From: a virus
Direction: 5' to 3' (one strand)
IMG/VR virus record: IMGVR_UViG_3300032285_004186
DNA: 64,000 nucleotides
The position numbers and the translations under genes were made by a program. Positions 38,171 through 48,100 of the stretch are shown here, one piece after another; the first letter of the stretch is position 1, and every line of letters begins with the position of its first letter. A model generated the notes under the pieces. That model was not told where the DNA came from, searched no databases, and saw only the letters and a list, made by a program, of their open reading frames with translations.

Positions 38171-39112
38171 ATGAGCCATACTAATCATTATAACAAATTA
38201 TGGGTTGAAAAGTATCGGCCGAAGACATTATCAGATGTAGTTCTTTCACCGGAAGTTAAAGAACATTTTGAAAATCTCAATGAAGATACTCCACATCTTT
38301 TATTTTATGGTTCTCCTGGTACGGGTAAAAGTACCATGGCCAAGATCATTGTTAATGATATTCTCAAATGCCAATATCTGTATATCAATGCTTCAGACGA
38401 AAATGGAGTAGATACTATTCGCAATAAGGTCATTAGCTTTGCTCAAACATGCTCTATTGATGGTAAAAAGAAAGTAGTTATTCTAGAAGAAGCAGATGGG
38501 TTAACCGGAGACAGTCTTCGCATTCTTCGAAATGTAATGGAAGATTTTGAAAGTTCTACTCGTTTTATTCTTACAGCCAATTATTTTAATAAGGTTATAG
38601 AACCTATCAGGTCTAGGTGTTTATTATTTAAGTTACAACCAGATTTAAAAGAAATTGTAATTAGATGTATTCATATTCTACAAACAGAAAAAATATTAGT
38701 AGAAGAAGATCAGAAAATGGTTCTCTTGGGACACATAGAAAAGAATTATCCAGATCTCCGGCGCATCATTAATGATTTACAAAAGTTTTCTATGTCGGGA
38801 AAACTTCTTATTAAAGAACAAAAACAAATTACAGATATAGTCAATTATGTTTATGATGCTTTGATATCTAAGACCTCAAGCTTAGAAATAAGATCCAAGA
38901 TTATAGAAAATGAAAGAACCTTTAACGGGGATTATCAATCTTTAATGAAAGAATTGTTTGAAATCTTTTATTCTTCGAAATTAATAAAAGATTTAACAAA
39001 GAAAATGATTTTATGTGATATAGGAGAATACATGTTCAGAGATTGTACGGTCCTTGATCATGAAATTAATTTCTATATGTGTATAGTTTCGTTGGAAAAC
39101 CATTTAAAATAG
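38171..39112 (+). CDS. gp44: Clamp loader large subunit (RFC-like AAA+)
   Basis: LWVEKYRP, GSPGTGKST, NASDENG, EEAD, SRC, PDLRR.IN.LQ; start refined. Confidence 0.93.
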   Translation: MSHTNHYNKLWVEKYRPKTLSDVVLSPEVKEHFENLNEDTPHLLFYGSPGTGKSTMAKIIVNDILKCQYLYINASDENGVDTIRNKVISFAQTCSIDGKKKVVILEEADGLTGDSLRILRNVMEDFESSTRFILTANYFNKVIEPIRSRCLLFKLQPDLKEIVIRCIHILQTEKILVEEDQKMVLLGHIEKNYPDLRRIINDLQKFSMSGKLLIKEQKQITDIVNYVYDALISKTSSLEIRSKIIENERTFNGDYQSLMKELFEIFYSSKLIKDLTKKMILCDIGEYMFRDCTVLDHEINFYMCIVSLENHLK

Positions 39113-39682
39113 TTATTTGACCTTTTTATAGACAGCATCAGAAGCTCCTTTAGAATGCTTCAAGACTGTGTTTTTAGTTGGTAAATGATTGTCTGTGGGT
39201 TGATTATCTATCTTAGATTCCATGCGAAAAACCTTAGCAGAAGCATCACCCATAGGTCTTTCATATTTGTTAGGCACACTTTCTAGAGGCGGAAGATTAA
39301 TGCCATAATCTTTTACTTCCACTAAGTCAAAATCTCCCGGCACTGTAAAGTCATTAAATTCTGTGGGCCATTCTACTTTACGTGGATCTGTCCTTAATAA
39401 AAGATAACAATTTCCCGCTCCTTCGTTATCATTGGCATCTTTAACATTTTGTCTAGCTCCACTAGCCACCACTCTTTTAATAAAAAATAATACTTCATTG
39501 TCTATTAACTCTTTTAAAAATTTAACAAATGATGGTTCACCAGAATAATGCTTTTTAAAATATTTGTCTTTTAAAAAGGAAGGTTTAATAATAATTGGAG
39601 TACCTTCCCTAAAACCTCCATTTGAAAAGTGGGAAAAAGCTGCTTCAAATAACGTTTCAAATTTGTTAAATTTTTGTTTCAT
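39113..39682 (-). CDS. Hypothetical late protein
   Basis: 189 aa, begins MKQKFNKFETLFEAA; minus-strand TAAATA at 39707-12. Confidence 0.6.
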   Translation of the reverse strand: MKQKFNKFETLFEAAFSHFSNGGFREGTPIIIKPSFLKDKYFKKHYSGEPSFVKFLKELIDNEVLFFIKRVVASGARQNVKDANDNEGAGNCYLLLRTDPRKVEWPTEFNDFTVPGDFDLVEVKDYGINLPPLESVPNKYERPMGDASAKVFRMESKIDNQPTDNHLPTKNTVLKHSKGASDAVYKKVK

Positions 39683-39702
39683 ATAATATAGAGGTTATGC
39701 AA

Positions 39703-39712
39703 TAAATATTTA
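39703..39712. promoter_or_regulatory. Palindromic bidirectional late promoter TAAATATTTA
   Basis: TAAATA on both strands in the 37-nt gap between divergent genes. Confidence 0.6.
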
Positions 39713-39719
39713 CCACATT

Positions 39720-40235
39720 ATGGCAGCTATTTATTTAGATAATTTAGTTAAACCTCAAAAAGTTCAATCTCAAATCACAAATATAGCTGTAGAACCAGAA
39801 TCTTTGCAATATACTTACAGAGATTTGCATTTAGATTTGAGTCTTTTTAAAAATATAGGAGACGGCTTTAAAGTTGTAAATACAAAAGATATACAGGCAG
39901 ATTATGATATCATTGCTATACGCAATTCTATTTACAACATTTTTACAACCAGACCCGGTGAAAAGATATTATCTCCAGATTTTGGTTGTTCTTTAGATCA
40001 ATTTTTATTTCAACCTTTATCTGAAGTCAGGGCTCAAATTTTAGGCAATAAAATTTTAGAAAATATCACAAAATTTGAACCCAGAATAATTGTTAATAAA
40101 ATTTTAATTAACACTAATTATATGGAGTATACCTATGAAATTAATGTTGATTATCAAATCCTGGATAGTGGATTAGTAGACAATTTGCAAATGAATTTCA
40201 ATACTACCTCTTACACATCTATTCAAATTCTATAA
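39720..40235 (+). CDS. gp25: Baseplate wedge subunit
   Basis: YRDLHLDL, AIRNSIYNIFTTRPGEK...PDFG..L..FLF, FEPRI. Confidence 0.92.
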   Translation: MAAIYLDNLVKPQKVQSQITNIAVEPESLQYTYRDLHLDLSLFKNIGDGFKVVNTKDIQADYDIIAIRNSIYNIFTTRPGEKILSPDFGCSLDQFLFQPLSEVRAQILGNKILENITKFEPRIIVNKILINTNYMEYTYEINVDYQILDSGLVDNLQMNFNTTSYTSIQIL

Positions 40236-40238
40236 AAT

Positions 40239-42041
40239 ATGGCTAACTTCATTACCCCAACATCTTTAACTCCATATATAGCATTTGATCCGTCTGAACT
40301 TAGAAACAAAATTATAGACCGGCTCAATCAAGCAGAAGTATTTACAGATCAAAATTATCAAGGATCTAATTTGTCTGCTATCATAGACATAATAGGATAC
40401 GTTTTTAGCACTTTACAATTTTATAACAGCAAAGTGTCTTCAGAAAGTATGTTTTCTGAAGCTCAAATATATGAAAATATGAATCGTATAGTTAAACTCA
40501 TTAACTATAAACCCATAGGAAGATTAACTCAAAATTTACCATTTAATTTAACCGCAACTAATGATTTAGGCCCAGCTGCCTATGTAATACCTCGTTTTAG
40601 TTATATAATTACAGGTGGAACTACTTTTACTTTAACACAAGATTTAGCATTTTCAAAATTAACTAGCTTATCAGAAGATATAGCAGATATTAATAATAAT
40701 TATTTATTATATCAGGGTACAATGGAGGAATATCCTCTACACACAGCTGTTGGAATAGATAATGAAGTAGTATTTTTAAATTTAGACAAAAATATTCAAG
40801 TAGATCATTTTAATATTTTTGTATATGTAAAATCTACATCGTCTTCCGCTTGGAGGGAATATACCCGAGTAGAAGATAGATCTACCTATACAGCAAAAGA
40901 TAATATTTTTGAAATTAGATTCAATGCAAACAAATATTATGAAATTACATTTGGTGATGGTGTAAACGGAACTTCTTTAACTCCCGGTGATCAAGTTGCT
41001 ATTTATTATTTAAATATAAATCCTCTAGCTTTAAATGTCGGAGCAAATGCTTTAGATCACAGTAATTTAATACCGTTTAATTCCATACAATTCCAATCAA
41101 TTATTAAAGATACTGCAAATGTTTTTGGCAATTATATTTCTTCAGATCTGTTTAATTATATTCAGTTATCAAATACTTTTCCCTCGTCTAACTATAGCCC
41201 AGAAGAAAATGTAGATTCTATTCGAAACAATTCTCCTAAAATTTTCAGATCTCAACATAGATTAGTTTCTTTACAGGATTATGAATATTTTATTAAAACT
41301 AATTTTAATAATTTAATTTCTACATCTTCTATAGTTAACAATGATGATTATTTAAGGGGTCATTTAAGATATTTGTATAATATCGGATTAAATAACCCTC
41401 AATCAAAAACTTTAGTATTATTCAATCAAATTAAATTTGCTAATAGTTGTAATTTTAACAATATCTACATATATAGTGTACCTGTAAGAGATCAATTATA
41501 TCTATCTTCTCCTCAAAAAGAATACATAATAAATAAAATTAATTCTTTAAAAACTCTCACTTCTCAAACTATGTTTATGGATCCGGAGTATATGTACTTT
41601 GATTTTTATACTAAAAGATCAGACGGAACATTTGATACAACAGACATAAACAATTCTAAATTAATTATATACAAAAATCCTAATGTAAGAAGATCTAATT
41701 CAGCTATTTTATACGATGTAATTCAAGTATTTTTACAAACTTTTAACAAAAATACCACATCTTTGGGTCAAGATATTAATACTCATCAATTATCAACAGA
41801 CATCTTGTCTATAGACGGAATCAAGTCTTTACAAACTTATAGAAGTGATATAAACAGTGGCGTAAATGAAATATCATTTTTAGTATGGAATTCTAAATAC
41901 CCAAACGATGATGTTAATGTATACACTCAAACTGTTCATTTAGATTATTTTCAATTTCCACTTTTTAATAATATTTCAGATTTAGCAAATCGCATAGAAA
42001 TAATAGATTTATCTAATTCTATTAAAATACCTGAATTTTAA
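40239..42041 (+). CDS. gp6: Baseplate wedge subunit
   Basis: FTDQNYQGSNLS.IID, SESMFSEA, YEITFGDGV.G, E.VDSIR...PK.F.SQ.RLVS..DY. Confidence 0.9.
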   Translation: MANFITPTSLTPYIAFDPSELRNKIIDRLNQAEVFTDQNYQGSNLSAIIDIIGYVFSTLQFYNSKVSSESMFSEAQIYENMNRIVKLINYKPIGRLTQNLPFNLTATNDLGPAAYVIPRFSYIITGGTTFTLTQDLAFSKLTSLSEDIADINNNYLLYQGTMEEYPLHTAVGIDNEVVFLNLDKNIQVDHFNIFVYVKSTSSSAWREYTRVEDRSTYTAKDNIFEIRFNANKYYEITFGDGVNGTSLTPGDQVAIYYLNINPLALNVGANALDHSNLIPFNSIQFQSIIKDTANVFGNYISSDLFNYIQLSNTFPSSNYSPEENVDSIRNNSPKIFRSQHRLVSLQDYEYFIKTNFNNLISTSSIVNNDDYLRGHLRYLYNIGLNNPQSKTLVLFNQIKFANSCNFNNIYIYSVPVRDQLYLSSPQKEYIINKINSLKTLTSQTMFMDPEYMYFDFYTKRSDGTFDTTDINNSKLIIYKNPNVRRSNSAILYDVIQVFLQTFNKNTTSLGQDINTHQLSTDILSIDGIKSLQTYRSDINSGVNEISFLVWNSKYPNDDVNVYTQTVHLDYFQFPLFNNISDLANRIEIIDLSNSIKIPEF

Positions 42042-42043
42042 AT

Positions 42044-45000
42044 ATGAGCATTCCTATACTTTCATCCAACACTGATTCTGGAAAAATGGGTGTTACTAAA
42101 TTTATATTTGATTCTGGTATAACAGATAATTCATATAAAATTGTTTGGTATTTTGGTGATGGTGGGTCTTATAAAGGTAATACATCCCAACACATTTACT
42201 ATTCACCAGGAACTTATACAGTTACGATGCTTGCTTATCCAACATCTGGCAGTCCTCTTATTCAGAAAAAGAACATAGTAATAACTCTGCATTTTAATAA
42301 TTCTATTAATTTTAATTTTATTCCACCACCAACCTTTGCCGGACATTACAATAGATATCCATTTAGGGTTAACATAACTGCACCAGACATTCATGATCAT
42401 TATGTTAATCTGGGGTGTCAATTTTCTAGATCAGATTCTCCTCAGGAAGTACCAAATAAATGGTCTTTTTTAAGACCACAATGGAGGTTTTTTGATATTA
42501 ATGGCAATTTGATACAAAAAATTAAAACTAAAGATACTATTATTAAAATAAATGATCTAGGTGATATAGATCCTAATGGTACTTTTGTTGCCGGAGTTAC
42601 AGGATATGCAGATTTTTATTTTTCAGATGATATATACAATGCAGATTTGGCTCAAAATGGTTTGCCTTATACAACCATTATAGCCACTTTAGATACATTA
42701 AATTCTAAAGATTTTACTTTACAATCTGATGCTTTAAATCAGCTTCCTAGTTATGCAAATAGTCTAGCATCTGCTACATGTCCTCATATATTCCTCTGGA
42801 GAACTCCAGATTATTTAAAAGTATCAGAAAACGGTATCCGACCATATGCAAACCCTCGATGGTCCGATAGCAATATTCCTATAATAGTAACCGCTAATAT
42901 ACATAATGAATTTCCAGATCCGTTTTTAGATGGTAATGGTGTAAAGATCATAAATCCAGACTCATTTTTTGTTCACAATTTTCCACTTAATAATTTAGAT
43001 TCAATTTATGTAAATTTACAAATTACTGGTTATGATATTAATTTTTCACCCACTCCATCATTTTATTGGACAGATGAATCAAATTATAAAATACCAGGAT
43101 ATTATAAAGGTTCTTTTAATTTTCCAGAACCAAGTGCTTCTAATGTTCAAGTAGACGCCTCTTTAACATTTGCGATTCCTATCACTTCTTATAACTACTA
43201 TAATCCCTTTATATGGGTTTCTAGCTTATCTTCTAATCAAATATATGTAACGTCTTATCAAAAATTTAAAGAACTAGATTCTATTTCAATTAATAAAGTT
43301 CCGTATACTAAGAGTATATCCTTTACTAATTCTTATTCAGCAAATGAATATACAATAGCTGCTGGACATTTACCTGATTATCATGCATGGGTATCAGACC
43401 GAAATCTTAAGCAAATTTATCACGTTTCATCTTTAGGACAAATATTAACTACAGTTAATATACCTTCTTTAATAAAAAATTCTTGTGGAGTATCTTTGAC
43501 TGGCAATCAGGCGGAACCAGTTTCTTTAATCATGGACGGAAATAAAAATGTTTGGTTTTCCTTAAAAAATAGCTTGTCTACTGTTAAATTAGATCCTTAT
43601 GGCAATTTTTTATTAGCAACTTGTCCTCCAATTTACGATCCTACAGTTTCCTCTGGAGGCACTCCTACACACATGGAGACTAATTCTCTCAATGATGTAT
43701 ATGTAAGTTATTCCAGCCTTGCAAGTGGATTTTTGGTGAGATATTCCTCAGATGGTTCTGTAATAAATGTTTCCGGTAGCATATATAACAGAAATCTGGC
43801 CCCTAAACAAATCGTTAGTGCTTCCTCAGATAGCAATGGCGGAGATACTTGGCAGTGTATCTATTCAAACAACTCTAAAGATTATATTATACAAAAAAAA
43901 TCTTGGGACAATAATTTATTATTTTATGATTCCAACAGTGCCATTTATGCCGCTTCTTATGGTCCCTTTTTAAATGTAAATCATTTAACTTTAGACAAAG
44001 ATTATAATCTCTGGTTTACTTTTAATAACCAAAGTCTTGGAAAAATAACAAATTCTACATATGCATTATCTACTATAGAAGTATTCAATGAATATTCTTC
44101 TTTATTTACACCCAATTCATCTTCTGTTAAAGGTTTAGTAACAGATTTTAGTGGAAAAATATTTGTTATTAATTCCACTGAGAGTCAGGTTTATGTGATT
44201 GATGGTGAACAAATGACTATAACAGATTCTTTTTATGTTAAGAATTTATCGACTTTTTCTGGTGATTGTAACGGATTTAATTGGATCAACAAATATAGAT
44301 CATCTGCTCCAGAGTTTTTTGATCAAGAAATTTATCAAACTATATCTGGATCTTCAAATTATTTAAATTTTTATACAGATAAAGCCCAGGAATATGGTTT
44401 ATTTAAAATAAATGAAAATTATGATTTGGCTCAAACTCTTAAAGATCATGCATTTACACCCAAATTAATAGAAAGTTCTGTTTTATTTAATGAATTTTTC
44501 CCGGCAATTTTTGGTAAAAAACCGTTTAATACAAATGATTTAGGAGTTGAATTATATGAAAAAATATCTAATTTTTCTCTTAATCACAATGATATAGATA
44601 CTTGCGGATTAGATCAATTATACAACAATGCTCAAATGGTTGATTTGATAACAGATGATTTTCGTTTAAATTATCCACCAGAATTGTTAAGATTAATGCA
44701 TTTAGCCAGCATTAATCAAACTAGATTATGGGGTGGTCAATTAAAAGGAGGATTACAATTTAGTTCTAAAGATCAAAATGGTTTCTTTAATAGAGGATCT
44801 CTTATTTCTTCTTTTTCTTATAGAGTAACTGGTGGAATTCCTTTGGTATTAAAAAATAAAACACTTTATGATCCTTGTAAATTAATATATACCGGAAGAA
44901 TAAACGGTTATAGATATTATAGTTTAGATACCCTGGCTCAATACCTTAAATTGCCCACAGCTTGGAGGAATCAGTATGAATTTTATTCATATATTCCTTC

Positions 45001-45163
45001 CGTTTCTGGTGATTATTTAGGAGGTATTATAGATTGGAACAATCCTCAAACAACAATAAATTTTGAAAATCCAACCATAGAATATTGGTCTGGTAAAGAA
45101 GGTGTCCTGGAAACATCTTTTGCATATGAATTATACAAGGGTTTAAATCTCTTGAACAGTTAA
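42044..45163 (+). CDS. Large baseplate protein with PKD domain and beta-propeller (gp7 position)
   Basis: WYFGDG...H.Y..PGTYTVT PKD motif; repeated D..GNVW / D...NLWF blade motifs; follows gp6. Confidence 0.6.
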   Translation: MSIPILSSNTDSGKMGVTKFIFDSGITDNSYKIVWYFGDGGSYKGNTSQHIYYSPGTYTVTMLAYPTSGSPLIQKKNIVITLHFNNSINFNFIPPPTFAGHYNRYPFRVNITAPDIHDHYVNLGCQFSRSDSPQEVPNKWSFLRPQWRFFDINGNLIQKIKTKDTIIKINDLGDIDPNGTFVAGVTGYADFYFSDDIYNADLAQNGLPYTTIIATLDTLNSKDFTLQSDALNQLPSYANSLASATCPHIFLWRTPDYLKVSENGIRPYANPRWSDSNIPIIVTANIHNEFPDPFLDGNGVKIINPDSFFVHNFPLNNLDSIYVNLQITGYDINFSPTPSFYWTDESNYKIPGYYKGSFNFPEPSASNVQVDASLTFAIPITSYNYYNPFIWVSSLSSNQIYVTSYQKFKELDSISINKVPYTKSISFTNSYSANEYTIAAGHLPDYHAWVSDRNLKQIYHVSSLGQILTTVNIPSLIKNSCGVSLTGNQAEPVSLIMDGNKNVWFSLKNSLSTVKLDPYGNFLLATCPPIYDPTVSSGGTPTHMETNSLNDVYVSYSSLASGFLVRYSSDGSVINVSGSIYNRNLAPKQIVSASSDSNGGDTWQCIYSNNSKDYIIQKKSWDNNLLFYDSNSAIYAASYGPFLNVNHLTLDKDYNLWFTFNNQSLGKITNSTYALSTIEVFNEYSSLFTPNSSSVKGLVTDFSGKIFVINSTESQVYVIDGEQMTITDSFYVKNLSTFSGDCNGFNWINKYRSSAPEFFDQEIYQTISGSSNYLNFYTDKAQEYGLFKINENYDLAQTLKDHAFTPKLIESSVLFNEFFPAIFGKKPFNTNDLGVELYEKISNFSLNHNDIDTCGLDQLYNNAQMVDLITDDFRLNYPPELLRLMHLASINQTRLWGGQLKGGLQFSSKDQNGFFNRGSLISSFSYRVTGGIPLVLKNKTLYDPCKLIYTGRINGYRYYSLDTLAQYLKLPTAWRNQYEFYSYIPSVSGDYLGGIIDWNNPQTTINFENPTIEYWSGKEGVLETSFAYELYKGLNLLNS

Positions 45164-45184
45164 CATATCTGCTAAATATTACAC

Positions 45185-48100
45185 ATGGCTAGCAGTATAC
45201 AAGCTTTTAATATACAAACTTTAGGTTCTTGGCCTACAGAAACCTATCAAATAAGCCCACTGGATCAATATATAGATCCCAATGCCGGGTTTTTGCCGGC
45301 TGAAAACATGTTTCGCTACTTAAATGTAGCCATGAATGAAACTGACTCTTTACATACTGTTAATTATTATGGTATAAATTACAAATTTTCTGATCCACCA
45401 ATCAGTCAATATGTTATAGATACATCTCGTAATTCTTCTTTGGTATGGGATTTATCTTCTCATCGAAAAGCATACAATTTCGGACCTCAAATTAATTACT
45501 TGTATATATTGTCCAATCCAGGTGTAGATAGTTTGTATCAAAAATACTATGCTACTCTCACATATCCCTCTAGATTATTTTTAAAACCTTTAAATTTACG
45601 GAAAAATGCCTCTTCTTGGACCCTTACTACCAGTTCTGTTTTAGTATCTGCCCAATCTTTCTTTTTTTCTGGTTCATCTCATGAAATAGCTTCTTATTTG
45701 CAGCACATTTCTTATTTAAATTCTCCACCAACATTTATTCCTTTACCTAATGATATAAAAAACAATTTTGTATTTGAATTATCTAGTTGTCGCATGCAGG
45801 TAAACACACCACTGGTGATGTTTACAGATACCTTTAACCCAGCAAAAGCTAGTCGAACTTTAGATCGATTGGGAGGAGTTATACGCCCGGACTCAACTTT
45901 TATTACTTATAATATAAATTATTACAATAAACAAAATAATAAGATTACATCACTATCTCAAGTGACACCTGACGTAGATCATTTAGCTCCGCATGGATTC
46001 AAAACATCATATATCCTTAATCAATCTGAGTTATCTAGTAGTAGTTTGCAAAAATATCAATTATTACAATATAAACCATTTGATAATGTCACTGATAATT
46101 TGGCATCACCATTTTTATGTATATTAAGTGCGGTTTTTAATCTTACATCTACTAATTTACAATATTTTAATTTACAATTTGCAAGAGACAATTACACCCT
46201 CTACACGGCAAGCACAGGTACTCCGGGCAGCATAATAGGAGCTTCCTACATAGTAGACAGCGATAGAATGCTCTTTTCCACAGAAACCAGTCAAAGTACT
46301 CTTTCTTCTTTTCAAATAAACGGAATTTCTAAAAATCTAGGCATTCCTGTAAATTATGCATATCTAACAAACAATTCTTCTTGGACTACAAAATATCCGC
46401 CTCATTATTATAGTTATAAAAATTCTTTATATTCTCCACTTAACGGATTTTCTAATAATAAATCTGATACTTGCAATCTTACTTTTTATTTACAAACTTC
46501 TGTTGTAAATTTACAAACAACTAGTGCTCTTTTATCATCTTTTATATCTTCAGATCACAACATTTTGTCTTATAATCTTCCCGACAATAATGTAAATGAA
46601 TATATTAAATATGAATTAATTTCTGATAATAGTTTAATCAGAAACACTCAATCTTTAAGTGCTATTAATTTTTATTACGGCTCTTCAACTTTTAGTTCTC
46701 CTTATAACATAATTTCATCTCCATGGGTGTCAGTTACAAGTGGGTGTCAATTATATATAGATTATCCAGGAGCACCATACGGACAAACTTCTTTAACAAT
46801 ACGTTCAACTCTAAGTTCTGCGGCTGGATACCTAGCATCTAGACAAGTAGCTGAAGTTTCTTTAGCACCTGGAATATTTCAAAGTGCTGTAGGGCATCCT
46901 ATTTTCTTAGATAGAGTCGACCAAGGCCCAGATTATTTTGATGTTTCTTGCTCTATGTTAACAGCCTCTCCTGGATGGCCTACTAAAGATTTGCGAGATA
47001 GCTATATTTCCTGGAGTTTTACGCCTCAAGATTTAAATGCTCAACTTTTGTCTATAAATTCAGCTGGATCTGTTCTATTAAATCTATCAGCCAATCAGCC
47101 TTATCGTTTTTCAGATTTTACAAATTCTGTAAGGTTGTCAGGTATTGGGTTTTCCACAGCAGTTATATACCTTTCGTCTCAAAAATATAATCAAGTTACT
47201 TCTCTTACTTCCATTTCTAGTTTATATGATCCTTTTTATTTAAAACAATTTGTTATAAATCCTCAAATTCCTTTAGCCAATGAAAATAAAACTAGAACTA
47301 TAACTCTTTTTGCTCAATTACCATTTGCTAATCAACTTTATGACATACCTTTAGGCACTTCTGTGTTTTGGGAGTGGGATTATTTAACAAACACAGCTCC
47401 TACCAGGGGTCCTATAAACGTTTATTATGGTCCTTTAAAGACTCCATACACATATGGTCAGGAAATGGATATAACATCTTTAAGTTCAATTTATATTGAA
47501 ATTACTCCTCAAGAAAATGATAATATTCCAATATTAAATCATGCAAGATTTCGTTTAAGTAGTAAAATTAGAAACCCTCAAATATCTAGTATATATGAAG
47601 TAGTGGTTGATGATTTTCCAGCTCGCTCCATTTTTAATTCAGATTTTAAAATTGGATATACAAATTACCAACAAACAGAAGGTATTATATTAGATACAGG
47701 TTTAAACAATTTTACAGTAACCCGCCCAAATGACGGCACCAATGTTTTTTCCCTTTCTAGTTATGCTAATTCTCACATTAGTCCAAACACAACTTATGTA
47801 TGGACCATTTCAGACGATGCAAACACTCTCTCTTCTCAAAAAATTTTATATTCTAATCATGTTATAAATTATGATATTAACCCTAGAGCCTCTGTTACTA
47901 CTATAACTCTCAGTGCTCTCTCGGCTGTATTGACCCCGTGGTTTAATTTAAATATTACAGGCAACACAGAATTTTCTAACACAAATCCGGTCCATAGTGT
48001 AGAAACATCTGTTACAGTATTTACACCAACCACGGCAGATTTTTACAAACCTTTAGAATTTATTATATATCCAGAATATGCTTGGTTAGGTGGGAGAAAT

